Position numbers and translations under genes: made by a program
DNA from: Chthonomonadaceae bacterium
Lineage (GTDB): Bacteria > Armatimonadota > Chthonomonadetes > Chthonomonadales > Chthonomonadaceae
Direction of reading: 5' to 3'
Length of the DNA: 59,185 bases
Assembly: GCA_035650735.1 (NCBI GenBank)
Contig: DASRGZ010000038.1
Location: 1-59,185 of the forward strand
Notes under the pieces: generated by a model
Seen by the model: the letters and a program-made list of their open reading frames with translations, nothing else
The model's database searches: none
What the model was told of the DNA's origin: nothing
Part shown: positions 18,670 through 29,089 of the stretch, piece by piece
How positions within the stretch are numbered: the first letter of the stretch is position 1
How the letters are laid out: each line of letters begins with the position of its first letter

Positions 18670-18862
18670 GTGTCGCAAGGCGGAGGGCCGAATTATTGCA
18701 GGCCCGACCCTGGCAGTCAGCATGACCTCTGCCCACGTAGGTGGGCAAGCAGGCTGCTCCTGAAGGCTCAGGGCCACGCACGTTGCCTCTTTTCTGCCCA
18801 CGTAGGTGGGCAGCGGGCCGCAGGCCCCACAGCGGCAGGGTTTAGCCTGCCGGCAAAGCCAG
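18670..18862. repeat. Composite REP family B cluster
   Basis: Two GCCCACGTAGGTGGGC palindromes, a family B hairpin, and segments that are reverse complements of the 32071-32320 cluster. Confidence 0.8.
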
Positions 18863-18960
18863 GCAGTACCGAAGGAGATTCGCTGCGATGTCGCGGGAAC
18901 ATCTACCGACCTGGCGCATTCATTCTCAGCAAAAGGGAGCCTCGCAATGAGGGATCGGTT

Positions 18961-19716
18961 ATGGTAAGAGAACAACGCGCATTCGCCGAGGCATCAGAAC
19001 CGCAAGAACAGGCTCCGGGAGGGCGCAGCCGGGAGCGTCCGGCGCGTCAGGACGACCTCCCGCAAGCGCCGACGCAGGCAGAGTGGATGCGGTGGGCGAC
19101 AGAGAGCCGCTCTCCCGGTGAACTGATTCCCTATCTGATAGAGACAGGCCAGATCCAGCGCTACCCGGAGATTGCCGCCATCGTAGATGTGCCACAAGAT
19201 AAAGAGTGGCATCCCGAAGGCCCTGTCCACGTACACACGCGCCACGTGCTCAACGCCGCGGCAGATATTGCCGACCGGGAGGGTCTGGAGGGCGAGGTGC
19301 GTGCGGTCAATACGTTCGCTGCCTTGACCCACGATTTCGGCAAAGCCACCACAACCAAGCGGCGCGAGAAGCGCGGGCGGATGCGCTGGACCTCCTACGG
19401 ACACGATAAAGAGGGCGGGCCTCTGGCGACGCGGTTCCTGAAGCGCCTGGGCATCCCGCAGGAGATTATCGCGCAGGTGGTGCCCCTGGTGGAACACCAC
19501 ATGGCCTACCGCAACTTTGGCAGGCCCGATACCGGGGTGCGGGCCGTGGAGAAGCTGGCGGAGCGGCTGGCTCCGGCGAGCCTGCAACAGCTCGCTTTTC
19601 TCATTGAAGCGGATCATTCGGGCCGTCCCCCGCTGCCCAAGGGCCTGCCGCCGGCGGCCAAGCGGATGCTGGAATTGGCACGGCAGGAGCCGACGCCGGA
19701 TCAGCAAGGAAAATAG
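18961..19716 (+). CDS. Stand-alone HD-domain phosphohydrolase resembling the HD domain of multifunctional CCA-adding enzymes
   Basis: VPQDKEWHPEG...HT, LTHDFGK, GHDKEG, VEHHM, EADHSGR. Confidence 0.8.
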   Translation: MVREQRAFAEASEPQEQAPGGRSRERPARQDDLPQAPTQAEWMRWATESRSPGELIPYLIETGQIQRYPEIAAIVDVPQDKEWHPEGPVHVHTRHVLNAAADIADREGLEGEVRAVNTFAALTHDFGKATTTKRREKRGRMRWTSYGHDKEGGPLATRFLKRLGIPQEIIAQVVPLVEHHMAYRNFGRPDTGVRAVEKLAERLAPASLQQLAFLIEADHSGRPPLPKGLPPAAKRMLELARQEPTPDQQGK

Positions 19717-19718
19717 CC

Positions 19719-20402
19719 ATGCGGAAACTAGGGACATCCTATCGCGCCACTCCCATCCAGGCTGCCGCTCGCGGGATGGCTGCCGGACTGGCCGCCACCG
19801 CCTTGCTCTCGGTACTCGCCCGTATATTACCAGCTATGAGTAATCAGCCCCAGAACAGCAAGCCCGGCGGCAAGCCTCTGCCGCCTGAAGAGGCGTCGCA
19901 TTCAGAGCCAGCGCGCGCAGGGCAGGAACCATCCCAAGCAGTGATGCCTTCCCTCTCGCTCCAGCAAGAGGATGCGCGCAAGACGGCAGAAAATCCGCCT
20001 GGCATTACCCCGGCGAAAGCGCTTGCGCAGCCCCTGGCCCCTGGTCCGGAGGGCCTGGCCGCTCAATTTGCCTTTAAGTTCGCCGCCGGTATCTTTGATC
20101 AAGACATCACTCCCTATGCTGGCCCTGCGGGGCTTGGCGTCCATATCGCCTATGGCTCCTGGTGGGGCATGCTCTACGGTCTCCTCCAGGCAAGTTACCG
20201 CCGTCCGCCCCTCCTTTTCGGCGCGTTGTACGGCCTGGGCGTGTGGTGGATAGGGCCAGGCTGGCTTGTGCCGGCCATGAAACTGATGCGCCGCCCCTGG
20301 GAGGAACCGCCCCTGCGCACCGCGATGCTGGTTGCCGGCCATGTGGTCTATGGGATCGCTCTGGCAGAGACGTTTGAGCGCTTAGATCGGAAGGGCGCAT
20401 AG
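19719..20402 (+). CDS. Membrane protein, DUF1440-like
   Basis: GMAAGLAATA, VHIAYGSWWGMLYG, GALYGLGVW, GHVVYG helices. Confidence 0.65.
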   Translation: MRKLGTSYRATPIQAAARGMAAGLAATALLSVLARILPAMSNQPQNSKPGGKPLPPEEASHSEPARAGQEPSQAVMPSLSLQQEDARKTAENPPGITPAKALAQPLAPGPEGLAAQFAFKFAAGIFDQDITPYAGPAGLGVHIAYGSWWGMLYGLLQASYRRPPLLFGALYGLGVWWIGPGWLVPAMKLMRRPWEEPPLRTAMLVAGHVVYGIALAETFERLDRKGA

Positions 20403-20410
20403 GGGAAAGG

Positions 20411-21757
20411 ATGAAAGATCAAGGCAGAAGGACGAAAACGGGAAGGAGCGCTTCCCCCTCTCCTGAGGCCATCGCCTCCCCGCCTGCCCAAACGGAATCT
20501 TCGACCGGAGGCTTTCTCTTTGCCACGGGGATCGAGTGCAGTTATCCCACCATCGCCGGCCCCAAGGATCGCCGCGTCCGGGTAGATGAGTTGGAGAAGA
20601 CCTTTCATTACCGCCACTGGCAGGAGGATCTGGCCCTGGTACGGGAGATGGGGCTGCGTTACCTGCGCTACGGTCCGCCCTATTACCGTATCTCGCTCGC
20701 CCCCGACCGCTACGATTGGGAGTTCACGGACCAGGTTTTCGCCGAAATGCAGCGGCTTGGCATCGTTCCGATCGTGGATCTGTGTCACTTCGGCGTGCCC
20801 GACTGGATCGGCGACTTCCAAAACCCGGATTGGCCGGAACAATTTAGCCGCTATGCGGGCGCCTTCGCGGCGCGCTTCCCCTGGGTGCAGTTTTACACGC
20901 CGGTCAACGAGATCTATGTCTGCGCCAAGCTCTCCACGCTGGCCGGACTCTGGAACGAGCGCAAACGGGGCGACGACCGCGCCTTCGTGACCGCCCTTAA
21001 GCATCTCTGCCGCGCTAACCTGCTGGCGATGGTAAGCATATTGCATTCCCGCCCGGATGCGGTATTTATCCAGAGCGAGAGCGCCGAATACTTCCACCTG
21101 GGCAGCGGCGAACCGGCCATGATCCAGAAAACGAACTGGGAGAACCAGCGGCGCTTCCTCTCGTTTGACCTGCTCACGTCGCACCATCCCGACGCGCAGA
21201 TGGGCTTCTATCTGCTCGACAACGGCATGACGCGCGCCGAGTATGATTGGTTTATGAGCCACGGCCTCGCGGACCGCATGATCCTGGGCAACGACTTTTA
21301 CGAGCGCAATGAACAGATAGTTATGCCAGATGGGCAGATATTGCCTGCCGGAGAGGTGTTTGGCTGGTCGGTTATCACCCAACAGTATTTTGACCGGTAT
21401 CGCCGCCCGGTAATGCACACCGAGACCAACAACATCCGCAGCGACGTAGACGCGCCGCGCTGGCTCTGGAAGGAGTTTTTCAATGTGCGCAACCTGCGGC
21501 AACAGGGCGTGCCGGTGCTGGGCTTTACCTGGTACTCGCTCCTCGATCAGGTAGATTGGGACAGCGGCCTGGCGCTGGATCGCGGCGTCATCAATTCCGT
21601 GGGGCTGTATAACCTTCAGCGACGCCCTCACCCCGTCGCCGAAGCCTACAAGGAGCTGCTGCGCCAGTTTGGCGGCGAGTCCCTGCTGCCGGGCAATCGT
21701 CTCTTCACGTTCGCTCAGAAACCAGCGGCTGCCCAGCCCGCCGTTCCAGCACCTTGA
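20411..21757 (+). CDS. Glycoside hydrolase family 1-like protein
   Basis: FATGIECS, HWQEDL, DLCHFGVP, YTPVNE, MHTETN, GFTWYSLLDQVDW. Confidence 0.88.
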   Translation: MKDQGRRTKTGRSASPSPEAIASPPAQTESSTGGFLFATGIECSYPTIAGPKDRRVRVDELEKTFHYRHWQEDLALVREMGLRYLRYGPPYYRISLAPDRYDWEFTDQVFAEMQRLGIVPIVDLCHFGVPDWIGDFQNPDWPEQFSRYAGAFAARFPWVQFYTPVNEIYVCAKLSTLAGLWNERKRGDDRAFVTALKHLCRANLLAMVSILHSRPDAVFIQSESAEYFHLGSGEPAMIQKTNWENQRRFLSFDLLTSHHPDAQMGFYLLDNGMTRAEYDWFMSHGLADRMILGNDFYERNEQIVMPDGQILPAGEVFGWSVITQQYFDRYRRPVMHTETNNIRSDVDAPRWLWKEFFNVRNLRQQGVPVLGFTWYSLLDQVDWDSGLALDRGVINSVGLYNLQRRPHPVAEAYKELLRQFGGESLLPGNRLFTFAQKPAAAQPAVPAP

Positions 21758-21907
21758 CCACCGCTCCGCAGTCCTCCTCTCCCTAACCCTGCTGTATGGC
21801 CGCCACGAACAACTCCATCGGCACCGCGTTCATCGGCAGCGGCGCGCCGCTCTCCTTACGTATAATAAAGGGAATTCCGTTCACAGGGAAAGCAAGGTAT
21901 TTATCCT

Positions 21908-23002
21908 ATGAGGACACAGCAACCCGGCACGATTGTGCCGACCAAGTACTGGCACGCGCTGGAGGATGGGCGCATTCAGTGCGATGTCTGCCCGCGCGCC
22001 TGCCGCCTCCACGAGGGCCAGCGCGGCCTCTGCTTTGTGCGCGCCCGGCAGGACCATCAGATCGTCCTGACCACCTATGGCCGTTCCAGCGGCTTCTGCG
22101 TGGACCCCATCGAGAAGAAGCCGCTCAACCACTTCCTGCCCGGCTCCTCGGTGCTCTCCTTTGGCACGGCGGGGTGCAACCTGGCCTGCAAGTTCTGCCA
22201 GAACTGGGACATCAGCAAGTCCCGCGAGATGGATACCCTGGCGGACGCCGCCTCCCCGGAAGGCATCGCCCAGGCCGCGCGCCGTCTCGGCTGCCGCAGC
22301 GTGGCCTTCACCTACAACGACCCGGTTATCTTTCTGGAGTATGCGGTAGATGTGGCGCAGGCGTCCCACGCGCTGGGCGTTCGGTCGGTGGCGGTGACGG
22401 CGGGCTATATCTGTGAGGAGCCGCGTGAGGAGTTCTACCGGCATATGGACGCGGCGAACGTGGACCTCAAGGGCTTTACGGAGCGGTTCTACCATCAGAT
22501 CTGCGGCGGCCATCTACAGCCGGTTTTGGATACGCTTGTATACCTGAAGCATCATACCGATGTCTGGCTGGAGATCACCACGCTGCTCATCCCTGGCGAA
22601 AACGATTCGGATCGGGAACTGGAGGAGATGACGCAGTGGGTAGTGGAAAATCTGGGGCCAGACGTACCGATCCACTTCACGGCTTTTCACCCGGACTGGA
22701 AGATGCTGGACAAGCCCCCTACGCCCGCTTCCACCCTAACCAGGGCGCGGCAGATCGCCAGGAAGAACGGCATCCGCTATGCCTATACCGGCAACGTCCA
22801 TGATGAAGAGGGCGGCAGCACCTACTGCCATGCCTGCGGGCTGCGCCTTATCGGGCGCGACTGGTATCACCTGACGTCCTGGAACCTGACCGACGATGGC
22901 CATTGCCGCCACTGTGGCGCCGCCTGCTCTGGCGTCTTTGCGGGCAAGCCGGGGCACTGGGGCGCCCGTCGCCTGCCCGTTTTCCTCAACGGCGCACCCT
23001 GA
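21908..23002 (+). CDS. amrS: AmmeMemoRadiSam system radical SAM enzyme
   Basis: QCDVCPRAC, DPIEKKPLNHFLPG, GCNLACKFCQNWDIS, AFTYNDP, ANVDLK. Confidence 0.92.
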   Translation: MRTQQPGTIVPTKYWHALEDGRIQCDVCPRACRLHEGQRGLCFVRARQDHQIVLTTYGRSSGFCVDPIEKKPLNHFLPGSSVLSFGTAGCNLACKFCQNWDISKSREMDTLADAASPEGIAQAARRLGCRSVAFTYNDPVIFLEYAVDVAQASHALGVRSVAVTAGYICEEPREEFYRHMDAANVDLKGFTERFYHQICGGHLQPVLDTLVYLKHHTDVWLEITTLLIPGENDSDRELEEMTQWVVENLGPDVPIHFTAFHPDWKMLDKPPTPASTLTRARQIARKNGIRYAYTGNVHDEEGGSTYCHACGLRLIGRDWYHLTSWNLTDDGHCRHCGAACSGVFAGKPGHWGARRLPVFLNGAP

Positions 23003-23103
23003 AAACGGAAGAGCTTCCTTGCTGCCATTCCCAGGCAGGAGCGGGGCGCTAGCACGCCGAACCATTCCTCGTCAATCATCTTATTTGTGAAGGATACCGA
23101 ACA

Positions 23104-26058
23104 TTGGCATCAACAACCACGACGCGAATTTTGCGCGCCCTGCGCGACCAACCCGGCGAGGAGACGGCGCGCTGGCTGCGCCGGGCCGAATTGCAGCTCC
23201 AGTTTGCGCGCGCTTTTGCAGCGGCCCTACCCAAGACGGAGACCGCCGGCTGGGAAGCGAAAATAGGCCGGGCGGAGGCCCTGCTAGAGAACTTCGACCC
23301 GGCGGGCGGCCTGGAAAGGCTGATCGCGACCGTGCGCGCCGCCGAAGCCGAGATGGAGGCCATCGGCAAGGTAGCCAGGCAGTACCGCATCCACTGCGTC
23401 GGGCACGGCCACATTGACATGAACTGGATGTGGAGCTGGCCGGAGACCGTCGCCACCACCCACGATACCTTTGCCTCGGTCTTGAGCCTGATGGAGCAGT
23501 ACCCGGAGCTGACCTATTCCCAGAGCCAGGCGTCCGTCTATGCCCTGGTGGAGAAATATTATCCGGCGATGTTTGAGCAGATCCAGCGGCGGGTCAAGGA
23601 GGGACGCTGGGAGATCACCGCCGTCCACTGGGTTGAGGGCGACAAAAATCTGGCCTCCGGCGAGTCCATCTGCCGTCACCTGCTCTACACGCGCGACTAC
23701 TTCCAACAAAAGTTCGGCCTGGCCCCCGAAGAGACGCCGATAGATTGGGAGCCCGATACCTTCGGCCATGCCGCCACCATTCCCGCGTTTCTGGCGCAGG
23801 CGGCGGTCAAGTACTACTATAGCTGCCGGACGGGCGGGGGTTTCGAGCACGCGCGCATTGGCGAGGAGCGCCCGCGCCTGTTCTACTGGCAGGCCCCGGA
23901 CGGCTCGCGCGTGCTGGTCAACCGTGAAAGCACCTGGTACAACAGCTATGTCAATATCGGCGACAACATCGCCCTGCCGCTGGTCGACTTCGTGCGCGAG
24001 ACCGGCCTGCACGATTGGCTCAACGTCTACGGCCTCGGCAACCACGGCGGCGGCCCCACGCGCACGGAGATAGATTACTACCTCGCGCTGCGCGAGTGGC
24101 CCATCTATCCCCAGATCGTCTTCAGCACGGCGACCCGCTACTTCCAGGCCGTCGAGCGGGAGCTTGCGGCGCGGGACGCCTCTCTGCCCGTCCTAGCCCA
24201 CGAGTTGAACTTCGAGTTCACCGGCTGTTATACCTCGCAGAGCGCCATCAAGCGCGGCAATCGGCTCGGCGAAAACTATCTGGAGGAGGCGGAGACGCTG
24301 GCGGCCCTCACGGCCCGGCTGGCCGGACAGCCCTATCCGAAGGAGCCTCTGCGGGACGCCTGGATCAACGTCCTCTTCAACCAGTTCCACGATATTCTGC
24401 CTGGCTCCGGCGTGCGCGAGACGCGCGAACACGCCCAGGCGCTCTTCCAGGAGGTCGGCGCCATCACCGGCTCCATCAAGCGAACGGCGGGGCAGGCGCT
24501 GGCGGCGCGCATTGATACCCGTTCGCTGCTGCCGGAGACGCCGGAGGGCCGTGCGGAGCGCGACCTGGCCGCTCAGGGCGCCGCCAATACGCCGTTCGTG
24601 GCGGGCGCAGGCATCGGCGCGGGGCAGACCGGCTACTCGCAGGCCAGCGGGGGCGGGCGGCGCTTCCTGCCGTTCGTCGTCTACAATCCGTGCGCCTGGC
24701 CCCGCTCCGAGCGCGTGACGGTCGCTCTCTACGATACGGACTTCGATCCGGGGCGCATTGTGGCCCGCGACGAGAACGGCGCGGCGCATCCGACCCTCTT
24801 CCTGGGGCGCGGCAACGATTGGGGCCATGAGAAGCTAACGGTCGCCTTCGACGCCCAGGATGTTCCCGCGCTCGGCTACCGCACCTACCTGCTCTGCGAG
24901 GGGGAGGCCCAGCCTCCCGCCGCTACCGTGGAAGTTGCGCCCAATGAGTGGTTCGAGACGCCTGCCTTGCGCTTCCGCCTGGATCGCTACCGCTCCGGCC
25001 TGCTGGAGCTGATTGATAAGCGGACGGGCGCGTGCCTGGTAGACGGCAACGGGCCGCTAGGGGCGTGGCAGTATGTGGTTGAGCGCCCGCGCGGCATGAC
25101 CGCCTGGGCGCTGGGCGGGGAGATAGACCAGCCGCTGCTCCTGCGCTCCTCCGGCTTCCATGTCGTCGGTGCGGCGCGCAACCAGGGAACGAACGTGCCG
25201 GGCGGGGGCGGCGTGATGGGCTATCGCGTGGTGAGCAACCTAGAGGTTCCGGGGACGCAGAGCACGGTGCGCCTCTCGCTGATGATCCACGCGCTGGAGC
25301 CGCGCCTGGACTTCACCGCCGAGATAGACTGGCGGGAGATCGGTGATTCGGAGCGGGGAATTCCCGGCCTGGTGATCCGCTTTCCGCTGGCGCTTGCCGA
25401 GCTTACCAGCCGCTACGAGATCCCTTTCGGCAGCGTCGAGCGCCGCCTCTTTAATGGCGAGGAGGTTCCGGCGCTGCGCTACGCGCATGTGGCGGGCACA
25501 GCCCGGACGGAAGCGGGCGCTGCCGCCTATGCGGGCGTGACGCTGGTTCAGGATAGCAAATACGGCCACTCAATCTGCGGCAATGCGCTGCGCCTGCGGA
25601 TCGTGCGATCCTCCTTCGACCCCGACCATGCGCCCGAAGTCGCCCAATCTACGGTGCGCTATTCGCTCTACCTGCACGATGCGCCCGCCGATCCGGCCAG
25701 CCTGACGCGGCTCGGCGCGGCCTGGAACCATCCCCTGCTTCTCATCCCGGCCAATATCCAGTCGGGCAGCGCGCCGGCCCGCGATAGCTTCGCGCATGTC
25801 CAGACGCCCAATGTGGTGCTGACGGCGCTCAAGCAGGCCGAAGACGGCAATGGGCTGGTTTTGCGGCTGGTCGAGCTAAACGGCCAGGATACGGAGGCGG
25901 TCGTGGAGTTAGCGCCCGCCCTCGCCAACGGGCTGACGAAGGCAACGCGCCTGGACCTGCTGGAGCGCCCGGCAGACGGCAGCGCCACCTGGGGAAACAA
26001 CACGCTGCGCGTTCCCATCAAAGCCTACAGCTTTGCCACGGTGCGCCTCGGCGCTTAG
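23104..26058 (+). CDS. Glycoside hydrolase family 38 alpha-mannosidase
   Basis: GHGHIDMNWMW, WVEGD, WEPDTFGH, GNHGGGP, GCYTSQ, NQFHDILPGS, DSKYGHS. Confidence 0.93.
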   Translation: MASTTTTRILRALRDQPGEETARWLRRAELQLQFARAFAAALPKTETAGWEAKIGRAEALLENFDPAGGLERLIATVRAAEAEMEAIGKVARQYRIHCVGHGHIDMNWMWSWPETVATTHDTFASVLSLMEQYPELTYSQSQASVYALVEKYYPAMFEQIQRRVKEGRWEITAVHWVEGDKNLASGESICRHLLYTRDYFQQKFGLAPEETPIDWEPDTFGHAATIPAFLAQAAVKYYYSCRTGGGFEHARIGEERPRLFYWQAPDGSRVLVNRESTWYNSYVNIGDNIALPLVDFVRETGLHDWLNVYGLGNHGGGPTRTEIDYYLALREWPIYPQIVFSTATRYFQAVERELAARDASLPVLAHELNFEFTGCYTSQSAIKRGNRLGENYLEEAETLAALTARLAGQPYPKEPLRDAWINVLFNQFHDILPGSGVRETREHAQALFQEVGAITGSIKRTAGQALAARIDTRSLLPETPEGRAERDLAAQGAANTPFVAGAGIGAGQTGYSQASGGGRRFLPFVVYNPCAWPRSERVTVALYDTDFDPGRIVARDENGAAHPTLFLGRGNDWGHEKLTVAFDAQDVPALGYRTYLLCEGEAQPPAATVEVAPNEWFETPALRFRLDRYRSGLLELIDKRTGACLVDGNGPLGAWQYVVERPRGMTAWALGGEIDQPLLLRSSGFHVVGAARNQGTNVPGGGGVMGYRVVSNLEVPGTQSTVRLSLMIHALEPRLDFTAEIDWREIGDSERGIPGLVIRFPLALAELTSRYEIPFGSVERRLFNGEEVPALRYAHVAGTARTEAGAAAYAGVTLVQDSKYGHSICGNALRLRIVRSSFDPDHAPEVAQSTVRYSLYLHDAPADPASLTRLGAAWNHPLLLIPANIQSGSAPARDSFAHVQTPNVVLTALKQAEDGNGLVLRLVELNGQDTEAVVELAPALANGLTKATRLDLLERPADGSATWGNNTLRVPIKAYSFATVRLGA

Positions 26059-26128
26059 CCCTCACCCCCAGCCCATTCCAAGCCGGGTCACCCCCTTCCC
26101 ACACAGGGAAGGGGGCCGGGGGGTTAGG
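26058..26128. repeat. REP-like family D (CCCTCACCCC ... GGGGGTTAGG)
   Basis: Palindromic element between convergent genes; relatives at 27133, 36019, 38037 and 43907. Confidence 0.75.
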
Positions 26129-26137
26129 TGGCGAGCG

Positions 26138-27046
26138 TCAGAGGGTGAGCAGGAAGCGATCCAGGAAGCGCAGGATGCGGGCGCGCATATCGTGCGTCTC
26201 GAAGTGGCCGATGTTATAGCGGACCAACTCCCAGCGATCCGGCGCTCCGGCGGCGGCGTAGACCTCTTTGAGCGCGGCGTCAATCCGATCCAGCCCGGCA
26301 GGCGGCGTCAGCTTATCCCAGTTGCCGGCCAGGCTCAGGTGCGGGCGCGGACAGATGAGCGCGTTTATGTCCGCCGTGCTGAAGTGCTTCAATAACGAGG
26401 GCACGTAGTAGTACAGGCCGTGCCCATCCAGGTTGCGGGTTTCGATGAGGGCCTGGAAATCGGTCAGGCAGCAGATATCCACGCAGACCTGCACGCGCTC
26501 GTCCAGGGCGGCGTGCCACCAGGCCATCGTGCTGCCCATCGAAAGTCCCATGCTGCCGATGCGCCGGGCGTCTACCTCTGGGCGAGAGAGCAGATAGTCC
26601 GTAGCCTTGAGCGTATCGTAGACCATTAGGCCCCAGAGCACCTGCCCGCGCCAGAGCAGTTCCTTGAACAGCTCGGACTCGGTGCGCCCGCGCCGCTCGC
26701 CGAAGTTCCAGGCGTCAATGCACAGCCCGCAGATGCCTCGCCGCGCCAGCGCCTCCGCGTAGGGCGGGGACAACAGGGCCGCCCTCCCGTGAATAAACTC
26801 GTCCTTGCCCAGGACGTAGTCTCCGCCGTGCGCGTGGTTGTAGAGCACCGCCGGTGCGGGAAAGCCGGCGTTATGCGGGCAGGTAAAATAGGCGGGAACC
26901 GGCTCGATGCCGTTGAGGTCGAGCAGGAGGATTTCCAGGGTGTAGGCGTCGTGGCGCTCCTCCGCGATCACTTCCGCGCGCACCGGGCGGTCGCGCGGCG
27001 GCAGGTCGCCCAGGAGGCCATAAAGGCGTTGGCGCTTATCTTCCAT
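26138..27046 (-). CDS. Alpha/beta hydrolase (dienelactone hydrolase-like)
   Basis: NHAHGG, GLSMG nucleophile elbow, [14 protein letters not shown]. Confidence 0.88.
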   Translation of the reverse strand: MEDKRQRLYGLLGDLPPRDRPVRAEVIAEERHDAYTLEILLLDLNGIEPVPAYFTCPHNAGFPAPAVLYNHAHGGDYVLGKDEFIHGRAALLSPPYAEALARRGICGLCIDAWNFGERRGRTESELFKELLWRGQVLWGLMVYDTLKATDYLLSRPEVDARRIGSMGLSMGSTMAWWHAALDERVQVCVDICCLTDFQALIETRNLDGHGLYYYVPSLLKHFSTADINALICPRPHLSLAGNWDKLTPPAGLDRIDAALKEVYAAAGAPDRWELVRYNIGHFETHDMRARILRFLDRFLLTL

Positions 27047-27132
27047 CTGGGGGTTCTCATCCCTTTCGCAGCGGATTGTAAGTGGGGAAGGACAAACTTA
27101 GAGTCCCGAACAAACCCTGGCTGTGAGGCTCT

Positions 27133-27171
27133 CCCCTCACCCCGGCCCTCTCCCTGCAAGGCAGAGGGAGA
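27133..27171. repeat. REP-like family D unit
   Basis: CCCCTCACCCCGGCCCTCTCCCTGCAAGGCAGAGGGAGA. Confidence 0.7.
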
Positions 27172-27244
27172 AATGTTATGTGAGACGCTCTTAGCGCGCG
27201 TTCCCGCGAGAGGCCGCATCTCAATCTGGCAGGCCGGACGCGGA

Positions 27245-28372
27245 TCAGGCGCGCTCGCCCTGCCAGTCGCGGGAATCCGGCACATCCAGCCACCGGCTGC
27301 CTTGCGCGATGGATTGCTGGCTGATCAGCCCCGGCAGCGTCATGTCCATGGCGGCGTGAATGTCAATCGCGGGCGGACGCACTCCCTGGATGGCATCCAC
27401 AAAGTCCACAATTTCAAAGTAATCGCCGCCGCCGTGCCCGGCCCTCTGCGCGGCCTCGCTGGCCTGCCTCCACATCTCCGGCAGAAACTCTGCTTCCAGT
27501 TGCCGGAGCGGTATCCAGGTGTTCTGGTCCTTGCAATGGGAGCGCAGCCAGATGCGATCTATCTCGCCGTGAGCCCGCGCGGACTCGTAGGCGCCGTCGG
27601 TGCCCTGAAGCTGGTAGTTGGTCATGGCGTGCGGGCGATCGGAGAGCATATCCAGGCGGAGCTTGACCAGCCCACCGGACTTCATTTTGCAGAGTGTGAT
27701 GGTCGAATCCTCGTTCTCATACAGGTCGCCGCCCGGGTCACGGTAGTGGTGCCCGCTGCCCGCGCAGCAGACCGAGACCACGCGGTCGCCGGGCATCCAC
27801 TGCAGGATGGGGCCGAGGCTGTGCGTTGGGTAGGTGTTGCCGTTGATGCCGGTCTGCCACTTGCGCCGCCAGCGGGTGATCTCGTTGAGCGCCTTGAGCT
27901 CGTGAATATATTCTCCCTCCGCATAGTAGGGCGTGCCGAACAGCCCACGCCGCGCCAATTCGCGCACCAGGACGTTCTGCCGAATGTAGGTATAGTTCTC
28001 GGCCATCATGTAGATGCCCTGGCTATCGCGCGCCGCCAGCACCAGTTCCCGGCACTCCTCCACGGAGACGCCCGCCGGCACCTCGCTGAGCACGTGTTTA
28101 TCCCGCTTCAGAGCCGCAATCGCCTGGGGCACATGCAGGGGCATCGGCGTTCCGAGGATGACGGCGTCTATATCGGCCCGCTCCAGCATCGCCTCGTAGT
28201 CGGTATACTGCTCCCTGGCCCCCAGGCGTTCTGCTGCCGCCGGCAGGCCCTCTGCGTTTATGTCGCAGACCGCTTGAACCTGAACGTTGGGGAGGGCGTC
28301 GCACGCCGCCTTGAAACTGGCCCCGCGCCCGCACGCCCCGACGATGCCCAGCCTGATGATTTGCTCGGCCAT
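27245..28372 (-). CDS. Gfo/Idh/MocA family oxidoreductase
   Basis: LGIVGACGRG, LGTPMPLH, HVLSEVP, MMAENY, EGEYIH, YPTHSLGP, GHGGGD. Confidence 0.9.
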   Translation of the reverse strand: MAEQIIRLGIVGACGRGASFKAACDALPNVQVQAVCDINAEGLPAAAERLGAREQYTDYEAMLERADIDAVILGTPMPLHVPQAIAALKRDKHVLSEVPAGVSVEECRELVLAARDSQGIYMMAENYTYIRQNVLVRELARRGLFGTPYYAEGEYIHELKALNEITRWRRKWQTGINGNTYPTHSLGPILQWMPGDRVVSVCCAGSGHHYRDPGGDLYENEDSTITLCKMKSGGLVKLRLDMLSDRPHAMTNYQLQGTDGAYESARAHGEIDRIWLRSHCKDQNTWIPLRQLEAEFLPEMWRQASEAAQRAGHGGGDYFEIVDFVDAIQGVRPPAIDIHAAMDMTLPGLISQQSIAQGSRWLDVPDSRDWQGERA

Positions 28373-28409
28373 GATTGCCCTCGATGCGTTTTGTGGCGAA
28401 CGGCACGCT

Positions 28410-28883
28410 TCAGGACGTAGCACGCTCCTCGCGCTTCTTTTCCAGCAACTCTAGCACGACGCCGAGCTGCGGCTTGGCGTCAAAGTAGGCGTACTGCCCT
28501 TCGCCCATGTCGCCGCGCTGCACCATTGGGATTCCCTTGGACTTCAGGAAATCCACGCTGCGCTGCATCCCCTCCACCCAGAACGCGATATGGTGGACGC
28601 TTTCGCCCTGCGTGTCCAGCGCCTCCTGCCAGGTACTCGGCCCTCCCATCGGCTCGATCAGCTCCAATTGCACCGATCCCATAGGGAAGAAAGCCAGCTT
28701 GGCCTGGGCGTTGGACGGCTGTCCCCTGTACGTCTGATGCACTTCCTGCCCTGGCTGCGTCACGATAATCTTGGGAACCGGCAGGCCGAAGATATCCGCG
28801 TAGCGTTTCGCGGCCTCTTCGATGTCATGCACGACAATAGCCACCTGCGCCAGGGTCGTGCTGCCCAGATGCGTCTCACTCAT
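28410..28883 (-). CDS. VOC family protein (methylmalonyl-CoA epimerase-like)
   Basis: QVAIVVHDIE, QLELIEP, GESVHHIAF, LGVVLELLE; AGGAGG RBS. Confidence 0.88.
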   Translation of the reverse strand: MSETHLGSTTLAQVAIVVHDIEEAAKRYADIFGLPVPKIIVTQPGQEVHQTYRGQPSNAQAKLAFFPMGSVQLELIEPMGGPSTWQEALDTQGESVHHIAFWVEGMQRSVDFLKSKGIPMVQRGDMGEGQYAYFDAKPQLGVVLELLEKKREERATS

Positions 28884-28921
28884 CTTAAACAAGCCTCCTA
28901 TTCTTAACCTAACCGCCTATA

Positions 28922-29070
28922 GCGGCAGGCTAAACCCTGCCGCTGTGGGGCCTACGGCCCGCTGCCTGCCTGCGCAGGCAGAATGCGTTCTATCGCAGGC
29001 AGAGAGTCTCGCCCACGCAGGTGGGCGACGGGCGCCTTGCGCCCCCGAGCGGCAGGGTTCAGCCTACCGC
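28922..29070. repeat. REP family B doublet (two inverted units)
   Basis: GCGGCAGGCTAAACCCTGCCGC ... GCGGCAGGGTTCAGCCTACCGC. Confidence 0.85.
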
Positions 29071-29089
29071 GAAAGAGGGTGGGGTCTGG

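Noticed and set aside
18670..18960. Extended N termini in the ORF track (18670, 32241, 34611, 4967, 46942)
   Set aside because: The extensions run through REP or leader DNA; downstream starts with SD-like sequences or domain boundaries fit better.
21861..21866. TATAAT upstream of amrS as a promoter
   Set aside because: No recognisable -35 or TG extension; plausible but unsupported.
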